From NCBI GenBank assembly GCA_023261505.1, contig JAHFOV010000003.1, forward strand, positions 3,911 to 67,910: DNA of 64,000 nucleotides, read 5' to 3'. Below the pieces are notes generated by a model. It worked only from the letters and a program-made list of their open reading frames with translations. It did not search any database and was not told the origin of the DNA. This DNA is from Planctomycetota bacterium. Lineage in GTDB: Bacteria > Planctomycetota > Brocadiia > Brocadiales > Bathyanammoxibiaceae. Of the stretch, positions 18,104-25,629 are shown piece by piece. A program made the translations under genes and the position numbers. Within the stretch, counting starts at the first letter, position 1; each line of letters starts with the position of its first letter.

Positions 18104-19377
18104 GACTTGGGGTGAGCCTAAACCCCAATCCGCCTCAGGCGGACAAGGGGGAAGCGAATCTATTGGGTAGACTTTTTTTGATAATTGTGTTAATGGGGAT
18201 TATTCAGCCTATAATTCCCCTTGGTGCCGCCGAACTGGTTCCTCCCGAAGGATTCAGGGCCTATGATACCCCATGGGATGGAGGGGAGTCAATTAGCCTA
18301 ACATGGCGTGTTTCTCCAAGCGAGTCCCCAGAGGTAAACTACATCATATACATAGCTAGCTCCCCCCAAGGGCCATGGATAGAGGCCATGAAGATAAGGT
18401 CAGATGCCTTTTACAAGACCGGTGCTCTTGAGCGGTTTGGTTTCCGCAAGAAGAGCAAGGACTTTCATGAACTACAGATAGACCCTAGACGCTATTTTGC
18501 TTCAGATAAAAACCGGCAGGCCATCTACTATTTTAAGCTAGCCACGGCCAGGGGGGAGGAGTTTGTACCAACAGAACAGGTGGTATCGGCCACGGCCAAG
18601 GGAAACTGGTTTAACATTTACAAGATAAACAACCTTATAATTATGATGGCCTTTTCAGGGGTGGTAATATTTTTCATAATCCATGCCAGGAGGAATCCCA
18701 ACCTCTTTTTACGGAAGATAAGCGGGCTGGATGCGGTAGACGAGGCCCTGGGCAGGGCCACAGAGATGGGTAGGCCAGTCCTCTTTGTTCATGGTCTAAC
18801 CAGCATGGGCAGCATATCCACTATGGCCGCCGTAAATATCCTGAGCCGTATAGCGCGCCGCATAGCTGAGTATGATGCTATATTAAAAGTAGTAAACAAT
18901 GACCCTATCGTCCTTTCAGTCAGCCAGGAGGTGGTCAAAGAGGCCTACCTTGAGGCTGGGCGCCCCGACGCTTATAACCCGGATTATGTGGTGATGGTTG
19001 CCTCGGAACAGTTCCCTTATGTGGCAGCGGTCAGTGGTATTATGACCAGAGAGCGGCCAGCGGCAAACTTCTTTATTGGCTATTTTTTTGCTGAGAGTCT
19101 TATCCTAGCAGAGACGGGTGCCGCCACAGGGGCCATTCAGATAGCCGGCACAGACGCTTATACCCAACTCCCTTTTTTTATAACTACCTGTGATTATACC
19201 CTTATGGGAGAAGAACTCTACGCCGCCAGCGCTTATCTGTCTAGAGAGCCTATGCTTTTAGGTACCCTCAGGGCACAGGACGTGGGCAAGGCCGCTATCA
19301 TAGTTATCCTCTTTTTTGGGACAATCCTTTCCAGCTTTGGTATACAGTTTGTCAGCCAGGTCTTTAGGGCATTTTAA
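18100..19377 (+). CDS. Membrane protein with signal peptide, FN3-like ectodomain and a large membrane-associated domain (operon gene D)
   Basis: The signal-like N-terminus is ..GRLFLIIVLMGIIQPIIPLGAA-ELV. The ectodomain contains ESISLTWRVSPSESPEVNYIIYIASS. There is a TM at LIIMMAFSGVVIFFII and a C-terminal TM. The start is ambiguous: either TTG 18100 (TTGA overlap with gene C) or TTG 18165. Confidence 0.6.
   Translation: MRLGVSLNPNPPQADKGEANLLGRLFLIIVLMGIIQPIIPLGAAELVPPEGFRAYDTPWDGGESISLTWRVSPSESPEVNYIIYIASSPQGPWIEAMKIRSDAFYKTGALERFGFRKKSKDFHELQIDPRRYFASDKNRQAIYYFKLATARGEEFVPTEQVVSATAKGNWFNIYKINNLIIMMAFSGVVIFFIIHARRNPNLFLRKISGLDAVDEALGRATEMGRPVLFVHGLTSMGSISTMAAVNILSRIARRIAEYDAILKVVNNDPIVLSVSQEVVKEAYLEAGRPDAYNPDYVVMVASEQFPYVAAVSGIMTRERPAANFFIGYFFAESLILAETGAATGAIQIAGTDAYTQLPFFITTCDYTLMGEELYAASAYLSREPMLLGTLRAQDVGKAAIIVILFFGTILSSFGIQFVSQVFRAF
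18129..18143. repeat. 15-nt palindrome TCCGCCTCAGGCGGA (copy 3 of 4)
   Basis: Read directly from the sequence. It lies between the gene C stop and the probable signal peptide of gene D. Confidence 0.7.
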
Positions 19378-19392
19378 CCCAGGAGGAACAAC

Positions 19393-20046
19393 TTGATCTT
19401 CTTGCGTCGAACTTTACCTTTAGCCATAGCATTTGTTATAGGAGTGCTTATGACCTTTCAATATTTTGTCCCACATCCCTACTCCAAGGCATTCCTGGAG
19501 CTAATGACCCGCTGGGATAGGATAATTGCAGGCTTTGCGGTGTTCATAGGGGTCTACAGCCTGTTCCACCTACACTGGACCCGCATCCGTAGAAAGGCGG
19601 CAGGATGGGGTTACAGTATCTTTGTCTTCCTGGGTGCATTTATTACCATTGCCTTTGGCCTTTATAATGGCGGGGAGGCCTTCTGGCACGATAAAAAAGA
19701 GGGCACCATGTTTGATTGGCTCTTCCTTTACATTCAGGTTCCGGCAGGGGCTACCATCTTTTCCATCCTTGCCTTCTTTATGGCCTCGGCAGCCTACCGA
19801 ACCTTCAGGGCCAGGACAGTAGAATCCACTGTACTGCTGCTAGCAGCTATAATTGTCATGCTGGGAAGGGTACCTGTTGGGGCCCTCATCTCTCAGTACA
19901 TCCCTTTAGCTGCAGACTGGATTATGGGGGTGCCAAATATGGCCGCCAAGCGGGGGATACTCCTGGGCGTTAGCCTCGGCGCCATTGCCACATCTATCAA
20001 GATTATCTTAGGTGTCGAAAGACAGTATCTGGGTGGAGGAGATTAA
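19393..20046 (+). CDS. Polytopic membrane protein, about 6 TM (operon gene E)
   Basis: AGGAGG lies 6 nt upstream of TTG 19393. I read six hydrophobic segments by eye. Confidence 0.65.
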   Translation: MIFLRRTLPLAIAFVIGVLMTFQYFVPHPYSKAFLELMTRWDRIIAGFAVFIGVYSLFHLHWTRIRRKAAGWGYSIFVFLGAFITIAFGLYNGGEAFWHDKKEGTMFDWLFLYIQVPAGATIFSILAFFMASAAYRTFRARTVESTVLLLAAIIVMLGRVPVGALISQYIPLAADWIMGVPNMAAKRGILLGVSLGAIATSIKIILGVERQYLGGGD

Positions 20047-20151
20047 AAATTAAAGTTCAAAGTTTAAGAGTTCAAGTGGTTAAGGGGTTAAAAGTTCAAG
20101 AGTTAAAATGTAGCCGCAGGCTTTAGCCTGCGTTCAAGGATCAAAAGTTAA
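20047..20151. repeat. Degenerate 8-nt tandem array (AGTTCAAG words) with an embedded 7-bp GC hairpin
   Basis: The sequence reads aaagttca aagtttaag agttcaag tggttaag gggttaaa agttcaag agttaaaa. The hairpin CGCAGGC-TTTA-GCCTGCG is at 20115-20132. The word set is the reverse complement of the 16909-16975 array. Confidence 0.6.
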
Positions 20152-20982
20152 ATGCAAAGGCTACTTAATATAGATAGGCGAATAATCTTTGCAGCAGTGG
20201 GCCTGGCGGTCATAGCATCACTTATTATTAAATTCAGTCTGCCTGTGCCCGCTAGTCCTCCCGTGCAAAGAATTTATGACAAGATAGAGTCCCTGCCCGT
20301 GGGGGCTCATCTGCTAATTTCTTTTGATTACGACCCTTCTAGCAAGGAAGAGCTTCAGCCCATGGCCCTTGCCTTACTTCACCACAGCTTTCGCAAGGGG
20401 TTAAAGGTTATTGGCATGACCCATAACCCAAGTGGGACAGGGCTTGCTGAACAGGCCATGAACTCTGTTGCCTCATTGTATCAGAAGAAATACAAGGAGG
20501 ATTACGTCTTCCTGGGCTACAAACCGGGAGGGGCCTCATTGATTATGAATATGGGAGAGGATATCCATACTGCCTTCTTAAAGGATTTTTACGGCAACGA
20601 TACTACTATGCTTCCAGCATTAGAAGGCGTTGAAAGCCTCAAAGATATAGACTACTTAATTGACCTAGCAGCTGGGGTTACGATAGAGACCTGGATTGCC
20701 TTCGGGAAGGAGAAATATCAGTTTGAAATGGGAGCCGGTTGCACGGCAGTTATTGGTCCAGATATGTATCCCTATCTAGATAGTCGCCAGATAAACGGCC
20801 TCATGGCAGGGTTGAAGGGGGCTGCAGAATACGAGACTCTGGCAGAATGTAAAGCACAGGCCTTTAAGGGTATGCTCCCCCAGAGTGTGACCCATTGCCT
20901 GGTAGTCCTCTTCGTCCTTTTTGGAAATGTAGTCTTCTTTATCAGCGGCGGCTTCAGATCCAAAAGGAGACAGAGTAGATGA
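20152..20982 (+). CDS. Bitopic protein: N-terminal TM, about 210-aa soluble domain, C-terminal TM (operon gene F)
   Basis: The TMs are IIFAAVGLAVIASLIIKF and CLVVLFVLFGNVVFFISGGF. The architecture parallels the C-terminal two thirds of gene D. Confidence 0.6.
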   Translation: MQRLLNIDRRIIFAAVGLAVIASLIIKFSLPVPASPPVQRIYDKIESLPVGAHLLISFDYDPSSKEELQPMALALLHHSFRKGLKVIGMTHNPSGTGLAEQAMNSVASLYQKKYKEDYVFLGYKPGGASLIMNMGEDIHTAFLKDFYGNDTTMLPALEGVESLKDIDYLIDLAAGVTIETWIAFGKEKYQFEMGAGCTAVIGPDMYPYLDSRQINGLMAGLKGAAEYETLAECKAQAFKGMLPQSVTHCLVVLFVLFGNVVFFISGGFRSKRRQSR

Positions 20983-21731
20983 TAAACATGAAAAATAAGA
21001 GCATTGACTTCTGGATCCTAACAGGTACCCTTAGCCTCTTCGCACTGGTAAACCTACTCTTTTTCCTCCTGGGAAGGTTGAGTTTTAGCTGGGAAGGCAT
21101 TGGTACAATGATCGCCGCTGGTCTCACCCTGGCAATATACAGCTTTCTTTATAAGGATAACCCCACCTTTAAGGTGGTAGAAAATCTATACGTTGGAGTG
21201 GCTCTGGGCTATACAGTTATAATCACCTGGTTTAATGCCCTGAAACCCGACCTATATGACCCACTCCTTGTCCCCCTTTTTACAGGGAAGCATGCGCAGT
21301 ACCTTCTTCTCGTGCCCATGTTTCTCGGCATATTCATGCTCCTCAGGTTCACAAGGAGGCTTGTCTGGTTGAGCCGCTTGACATTTGCCTTTGTGATAGG
21401 GTTGGGAGCCGGAGTAACCATCCCTAATTACATCCACACCTTTATCCTCAAACAGCTAGAACCTTCCATGCGGCCTGTGTTTTATGGAGGTGAGACGCTA
21501 CTGCCAAGTATCAACACCCTACTCATCCTCCTGGGGGTTATATCCGTCCTAATTTACTTTTTCTTCTCTGTGGAGCATAAGGGTCCTGTCGGCTGGCTAT
21601 CAAGGATAGGCATTTGGTTCCTGATGATCTCTTTTGGCGCATCCTTCGGCTACACAGTTATGGGCCGTATGTCTCTCCTTATAGGTAGGGTGATATTCTT
21701 GATGAGGGATTGGTTAGGAGTAATACAGTAG
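20979..21731 (+). CDS. Polytopic membrane protein, about 7-8 TM (operon gene G)
   Basis: An ATGA overlap with gene F indicates translational coupling. The protein is hydrophobic throughout. Confidence 0.65.
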   Translation: MINMKNKSIDFWILTGTLSLFALVNLLFFLLGRLSFSWEGIGTMIAAGLTLAIYSFLYKDNPTFKVVENLYVGVALGYTVIITWFNALKPDLYDPLLVPLFTGKHAQYLLLVPMFLGIFMLLRFTRRLVWLSRLTFAFVIGLGAGVTIPNYIHTFILKQLEPSMRPVFYGGETLLPSINTLLILLGVISVLIYFFFSVEHKGPVGWLSRIGIWFLMISFGASFGYTVMGRMSLLIGRVIFLMRDWLGVIQ

Positions 21732-21773
21732 CTAGAGATTAGGGGGTAAGGATTGGGGGAAATAGTATAAAGA
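21732..21773. repeat. TAGGGG-type heptamer array
   Basis: The sequence ctagaga ttagggg gtaagga ttggggg aaatagt ataaaga begins immediately after the gene G stop. Confidence 0.6.
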
Positions 21774-21836
21774 ACTTAAATGGCTTTATCCCCCCATGTA
21801 ATTTTACTTCATAAATGATGTCTTAAGGGAAAGAGA

Positions 21837-21912
21837 TGGTAGCGGGGAGAGGATTCGAACCTCCGACCCGCGGCTTATGAGTCCGCTGCTCTGCCAACTG
21901 AGCTACCCCGCC
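21837..21912 (-). tRNA. tRNA with CAU anticodon (elongator Met, or Ile2 if lysidine-modified), CCA encoded
   Basis: The reverse complement folds as a cloverleaf: acceptor GGCGGGG/CCCCGCU (G1-U72), U8 A9, D arm GCUC-AGUUGGCA-GAGC, anticodon arm GCGGA-CUCAUAA-GCCGC, variable loop GGGUC, T arm GGAGG-UUCGAAU-CCUCU, then ACCA. It has no initiator features. Confidence 0.9.
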
Positions 21913-21914
21913 AC

Positions 21915-21935
21915 CGGTTAGGGGTTAGGGTTCAG
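21915..21935. repeat. TTAGGG-type heptamers (ggttagg ggttagg gttcagt)
   Basis: Read directly from the sequence. It abuts the 5' end of the tRNA gene. Confidence 0.55.
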
Positions 21936-22104
21936 TCAATTTTAGTAGGATTTGCGCCCTAAACCCAGATACTTTTAAAATATGAGATTACTTCGCTCGC
22001 ACGACGGTTCATGTTTTATGGTTATTGCGAAGGCGAAGCCTTGAAACAATTTTACTCCTTGTAACAAAGTTTAATACAACTTTTGAGAGTTTTCAAGGGG
22101 TAAA

Positions 22105-22167
22105 CTAGGGGTTAGGGAATAGGGTTTAGGGGCTAGGGATTAGGAATTAGCGAGTAGGCGGAGAGGA
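22105..22167. repeat. Nine-unit TTAGGG-type heptamer array
   Basis: ctagggg ttaggga atagggt ttagggg ctaggga ttaggaa ttagcga gtaggcg gagagga. It is inverted relative to the array at 22571-22598. Confidence 0.7.
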
Positions 22168-22177
22168 CAAGTTAGTC

Positions 22178-22492
22178 TTACGTTCTAAACTTAAGTTTGG
22201 ATAGCAAAGAATTTATCATTTTACTTAGTTCTTCTATTTCTTTCTGCAACGGAATGATTTTGCCTTGATGCGTAAATTTTAATTCAACAGCCAGCACTAA
22301 CAATGTCTCCATTTCAGCTAAAGAACCTAGGGCAACATACAAGAATTGCCTAAACTCTTTTGTGTACTTTCTTGTATGCCCTTCAGCAATATTTGAAGGT
22401 ACAGATATGGCAGCACGCCATAGCTGATTAGTTAAGCCATAAAGCTCGATTTTAGGAAAGATTTCTGAAATAATATATATTTGTTTTGCCAA
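22178..22492 (-). CDS. Four-helix-bundle protein (23S rRNA intervening-sequence protein family)
   Basis: YGLTNQLWRAAISVPSNIAEGHTRKYTKEFRQFLYVALGSLAEMETLL is the signature region of this family. Confidence 0.9.
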   Translation of the reverse strand: MAKQIYIISEIFPKIELYGLTNQLWRAAISVPSNIAEGHTRKYTKEFRQFLYVALGSLAEMETLLVLAVELKFTHQGKIIPLQKEIEELSKMINSLLSKLKFRT

Positions 22493-22570
22493 CCTTATAG
22501 ACCTTTTTCAAATATCAAGGTCTTTAAAGTTCTTTATTCTGTTTGCCATCTATAGATAATAGACGCTTCT

Positions 22571-22598
22571 TCTCTAGTCCCTAACCCCTAGCCCCTAA
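22571..22598. repeat. Inverted TTAGGG-type heptamers (tctctag tccctaa cccctag cccctaa)
   Basis: This is the reverse complement of the word set at 22105-22167. It overlaps the last 6 codons of purD (..RLGARG-stop). Confidence 0.65.
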
Positions 22599-23888
22599 TC
22601 TTGCGATGGCACGCCATCCTATGTCCTTTCGATAATAGGCACCGTCGAAGCTAATTTTTTCAGCCGCACTATAGGCCTTTTTCTGGGCCTCGGGCAAATC
22701 CTTACCTAGAGCGGTAACGCCCAAAATCCTTCCCCCTGTGGTAACAACCTTCTTCTGCCTTAGAGCAGTACCAGCGTGGAAGACCATCAGATCCTCAGCT
22801 CCAGATAAGGCCTCAAGCCCCTTTATCTCTTTTCCTTTTTCATAATTGCCTGGATAACCTGCGGAGGCTATGACTACACATAGGGCCGCCCTTGGATCCC
22901 ACCCATATTCCACCTTCTCCAGTCGTCCTTCTACAGTGGCAAGAAGGAGACTCAAGAAATCTCCCTGCAATCTCATTAGTAAGGGCTGCGTCTCAGGGTC
23001 TCCAAACCGCACGTTATACTCTAATACCCTTGGGCCAGCAGCGGTTAGCATCAAACCTACATAAAGCACCCCCTTAAAGGGTCTTCCCTCACGTTTCATG
23101 GCATGCACAGTGGGGACGAGAATCTCTTTCTCTACCTTGATCGAGAGTTCTTGAGTGAACTTGGGCACTGGTGTATAAGCTCCCATGCCTCCTGTGTTTG
23201 GCCCCTTATCTCCCTCATACAGCGCCTTATGGTCTTGGACCGGTTCCAGAGGTATAATACTTTTTCCATTAGTAAGGGCCATGATGGAGACCTCTTCCCC
23301 TTCCAGATACTCCTCAATTATTACCCTCTCTCCCGCTGGCCCAAAGACCTTTTCTCTCATAATTAAATCGACGGCCTTCAGGGCCTCTTCTGGACTCTTG
23401 CAGACAAAGGAACCCTTCCCCCCTGCCAACCCATCCACTTTTACCACCAAAGAGCCGTTAATACACTCTATATGCCTCTTGGCAGGTGTAATCTCGCTAA
23501 AGATGCGAAACTCGGCGCTGGGAATACCGTACTTCCTCATAAGGGTCTTGGAAAAGGCCTTACTCCCTTCCAGGAGAGCTGCTTTCTTCGTGGGGCCAAA
23601 GGCCCTTAATCCGTTAGCCTGGAAGCGGTCTACCAGTCCTGCTACCAAAGGTACCTCCGGGCCAACTACTGTAAAATCCACTTTCTCTTTAAGAGCGAAG
23701 TTACAAAGGGATCCTATATCATCTGAGGTAATGTCCACGCAGTCTGCCACAGATGCGATACCTGGGTTCCCAGGGGTACAGTAGAGCTTTTTAAGTCTGG
23801 GAGACTGGGCGATCTTCCACGCCAGACAATGTTCCCTCCCCCCGCTTCCAATCACTAACACTCTCAACGGCGATTCCTCCAGTTTCAA
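22581..23888 (-). CDS. purD: Phosphoribosylamine--glycine ligase
   Basis: RVLVIGSGGREHCLAWKIAQSP N-terminus, an ATP-grasp core and GPNTGGMGAY. Confidence 0.92.
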   Translation of the reverse strand: MKLEESPLRVLVIGSGGREHCLAWKIAQSPRLKKLYCTPGNPGIASVADCVDITSDDIGSLCNFALKEKVDFTVVGPEVPLVAGLVDRFQANGLRAFGPTKKAALLEGSKAFSKTLMRKYGIPSAEFRIFSEITPAKRHIECINGSLVVKVDGLAGGKGSFVCKSPEEALKAVDLIMREKVFGPAGERVIIEEYLEGEEVSIMALTNGKSIIPLEPVQDHKALYEGDKGPNTGGMGAYTPVPKFTQELSIKVEKEILVPTVHAMKREGRPFKGVLYVGLMLTAAGPRVLEYNVRFGDPETQPLLMRLQGDFLSLLLATVEGRLEKVEYGWDPRAALCVVIASAGYPGNYEKGKEIKGLEALSGAEDLMVFHAGTALRQKKVVTTGGRILGVTALGKDLPEAQKKAYSAAEKISFDGAYYRKDIGWRAIARLGARG

Positions 23889-23978
23889 TTTAACAAAACA
23901 ATTTTACTTACTACTGTAGAGAAGACAAAGGCTTTTTTAAAAACTGATTTGAAATTAGCTTCACTCTCATTTTTAGTC

Positions 23979-24008
23979 TTGGAAAAGAGGCTGAAAATGT
24001 GGTATAGT
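23979..24008 (+). promoter_or_regulatory. Candidate promoter TTGGAA-N18-TATAGT upstream of htrA
   Basis: TTGGAA at 23979-23984 and TATAGT at 24003-24008, preceded by TGG (extended -10-like). Confidence 0.3.
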
Positions 24009-24045
24009 AAAATGCGTTTTATTAAACCTAAAGGTTAGCAAAAAT

Positions 24046-25557
24046 ATGAAAAAATACACAGCATTGTTAACCATCGCCACTCTAATATTTTCGTGCCTTT
24101 TAGGATTAGTTCTATCCGCCGCAGATGGCCAGGCTAACTCAAGAGATAGCATTAAAAAGGAGCTAAAAGAGTTAGAGCAAAAGATAAAGCCTCTAGTTGA
24201 GACCTTTCATAAGGTATCGCAACTGGTGAGCCCCTCAGTAGTAAGCATAAGTACAAGAAGCAAGGGAGCAAAAGATGTTGAACACAGGGGACCAGGCTTT
24301 GAGCCTTTTGAACCTGAAGGAGGGGGTGATCCGCATCGTGGTTTTGATATTCCGCAATGGGGTCAGGGCTCCGGTGTGATTATAGATGAAAAGGGCCGTA
24401 TCCTTACAAACCTCCACGTAATAGAGGGTCATGAGGAGGGGACAATTCTTGTAACCACTGCTAATGGTAAGACTTATGAAGGCAAGGTGGTAGGGGTAGA
24501 CTCAAAGACTGACCTGGCTGTGCTAAAAGTAGATGGAAGCGGCCTTGAGCCTGCGGAGTTTGGTGACTCGGAACTAGTACAGGTGGGAGATTGGATAATA
24601 GCCATAGGAAGCCCTTTTGGTTACCAGCAAACTGTATCGGCTGGGATAGTAAGTGCTGTAGGCAGGCAAGGTGTTGTTCCTTTTCAGAAGCCCTTTGCAT
24701 ATGAGGATTTTATTCAGACAGATGCGGCAATCAACCCTGGTAATAGTGGTGGGCCACTGGTAAACCTCCGTGGAGAGGTGATAGGCATAAATACTGCCAT
24801 CGCCACCCGTACTGGCGGGTTCCAAGGAGTAGGTTTTGCCATATCCTCAAATATAGCAAAAGAGGTCAGCCGTAGCCTGATAGAGAAGGGAAGGGTGGTA
24901 AGGGGCTACTTGGGAGTGGGCATACTTGATATCGATGACGAATTGGCCAAGAGCCTGGGCTTCAAGAATGAAACGGAGATGCTTATAGAATACGGCCTTC
25001 CCTCTTGCCAAGGGGCCTTTGTTTCAGAGGTTTGGGATGATACACCAGCCTCTAAGGGCGGTATAAAACCTGGCGACGTCATTTTAGCAATAGGGGATAA
25101 AAAAATGACGGATCCCAGCTACCTGCAGAAATATATCAGCCACCTCAATGTGGAGAGCGTGGTAAATGTTTCTATCCTAAGGGACAAGGGCTTTCTAACC
25201 ATTCCAATAAAAATTGAGGAACAACCAGAAGACCTGGGAGATAGGAAATTTGTTTCGGTTGCCAGGAAAGGTGCTCCTGAGGAAGTTGGACTTGGCTTAA
25301 CCCTTCAAGAATTAACTGCTGAGGTTGCTCAATCCCTGGGATACCAGGGGGAAAAGGGCCTGGTAGTTACCGGTGTAGAAGTTGGAAGCCCTGCTGAAAA
25401 GGCAAATATGGGACCCGGCGACCTTATACTTCAATTAGGGCGGAAACCTGTTAAAACCCCCTCGGAATTTCGTCAAGCCTTAATTGAGGCACAAAAAGCA
25501 GGAGAGCCGATAGCCTTGCTACTGAAGAGCAGGGGTTTCATCACCATAAAACCATAG
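24046..25557 (+). CDS. htrA: Periplasmic HtrA/DegP/DegQ-family serine protease with two PDZ domains
   Basis: Signal peptide, catalytic His (TNLHVIEG), Asp (DLAVLKV) and Ser (GNSGGPLVN). There are two PDZ-like regions (..GYLGVGILDI.., ..LGLTLQELT..). Confidence 0.9.
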   Translation: MKKYTALLTIATLIFSCLLGLVLSAADGQANSRDSIKKELKELEQKIKPLVETFHKVSQLVSPSVVSISTRSKGAKDVEHRGPGFEPFEPEGGGDPHRGFDIPQWGQGSGVIIDEKGRILTNLHVIEGHEEGTILVTTANGKTYEGKVVGVDSKTDLAVLKVDGSGLEPAEFGDSELVQVGDWIIAIGSPFGYQQTVSAGIVSAVGRQGVVPFQKPFAYEDFIQTDAAINPGNSGGPLVNLRGEVIGINTAIATRTGGFQGVGFAISSNIAKEVSRSLIEKGRVVRGYLGVGILDIDDELAKSLGFKNETEMLIEYGLPSCQGAFVSEVWDDTPASKGGIKPGDVILAIGDKKMTDPSYLQKYISHLNVESVVNVSILRDKGFLTIPIKIEEQPEDLGDRKFVSVARKGAPEEVGLGLTLQELTAEVAQSLGYQGEKGLVVTGVEVGSPAEKANMGPGDLILQLGRKPVKTPSEFRQALIEAQKAGEPIALLLKSRGFITIKP

Positions 25558-25569
25558 GCCTAACAACAT

Positions 25570-25625
25570 ATTACAAATTACAGATTACACATTTGGAATT
25601 TACAATTTGAAATTTGTAATTTGGT
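25570..25625. repeat. Eight-unit heptamer array (ATTWSNN)
   Basis: attacaa attacag attacac atttgga atttaca atttgaa atttgta atttggt. It lies between the convergent htrA and topA stops. Confidence 0.75.
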
Positions 25626-25629
25626 GTCT

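Noticed and set aside
21915-22167. TTAGGG repeats as telomere-like sequence or a sign of a linear replicon end
   Set aside because: The arrays are short, degenerate and internal, and are flanked by ordinary genes on both sides. They belong to the same heptamer-stutter phenomenon seen with unrelated word sets elsewhere.
23185-23784. 199-aa plus-strand ORF inside purD, and similar antisense ORFs such as 5937..6518, 6370..6762, 14033..14440, 29272..29658 and 33277..33720
   Set aside because: Each lies entirely antisense to, or out of frame within, a gene with strong family motifs. Their Ser/Pro/Arg-rich compositions are typical of shadow ORFs.
24046-25557. HtrA protease as a MamE/MamO-like magnetosome protease accompanying the MamK-like gene
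   Set aside because: It has no magnetochrome CxxCH motifs and lies 12 kb away among housekeeping genes. The standard DegP/DegQ architecture is sufficient to explain it.
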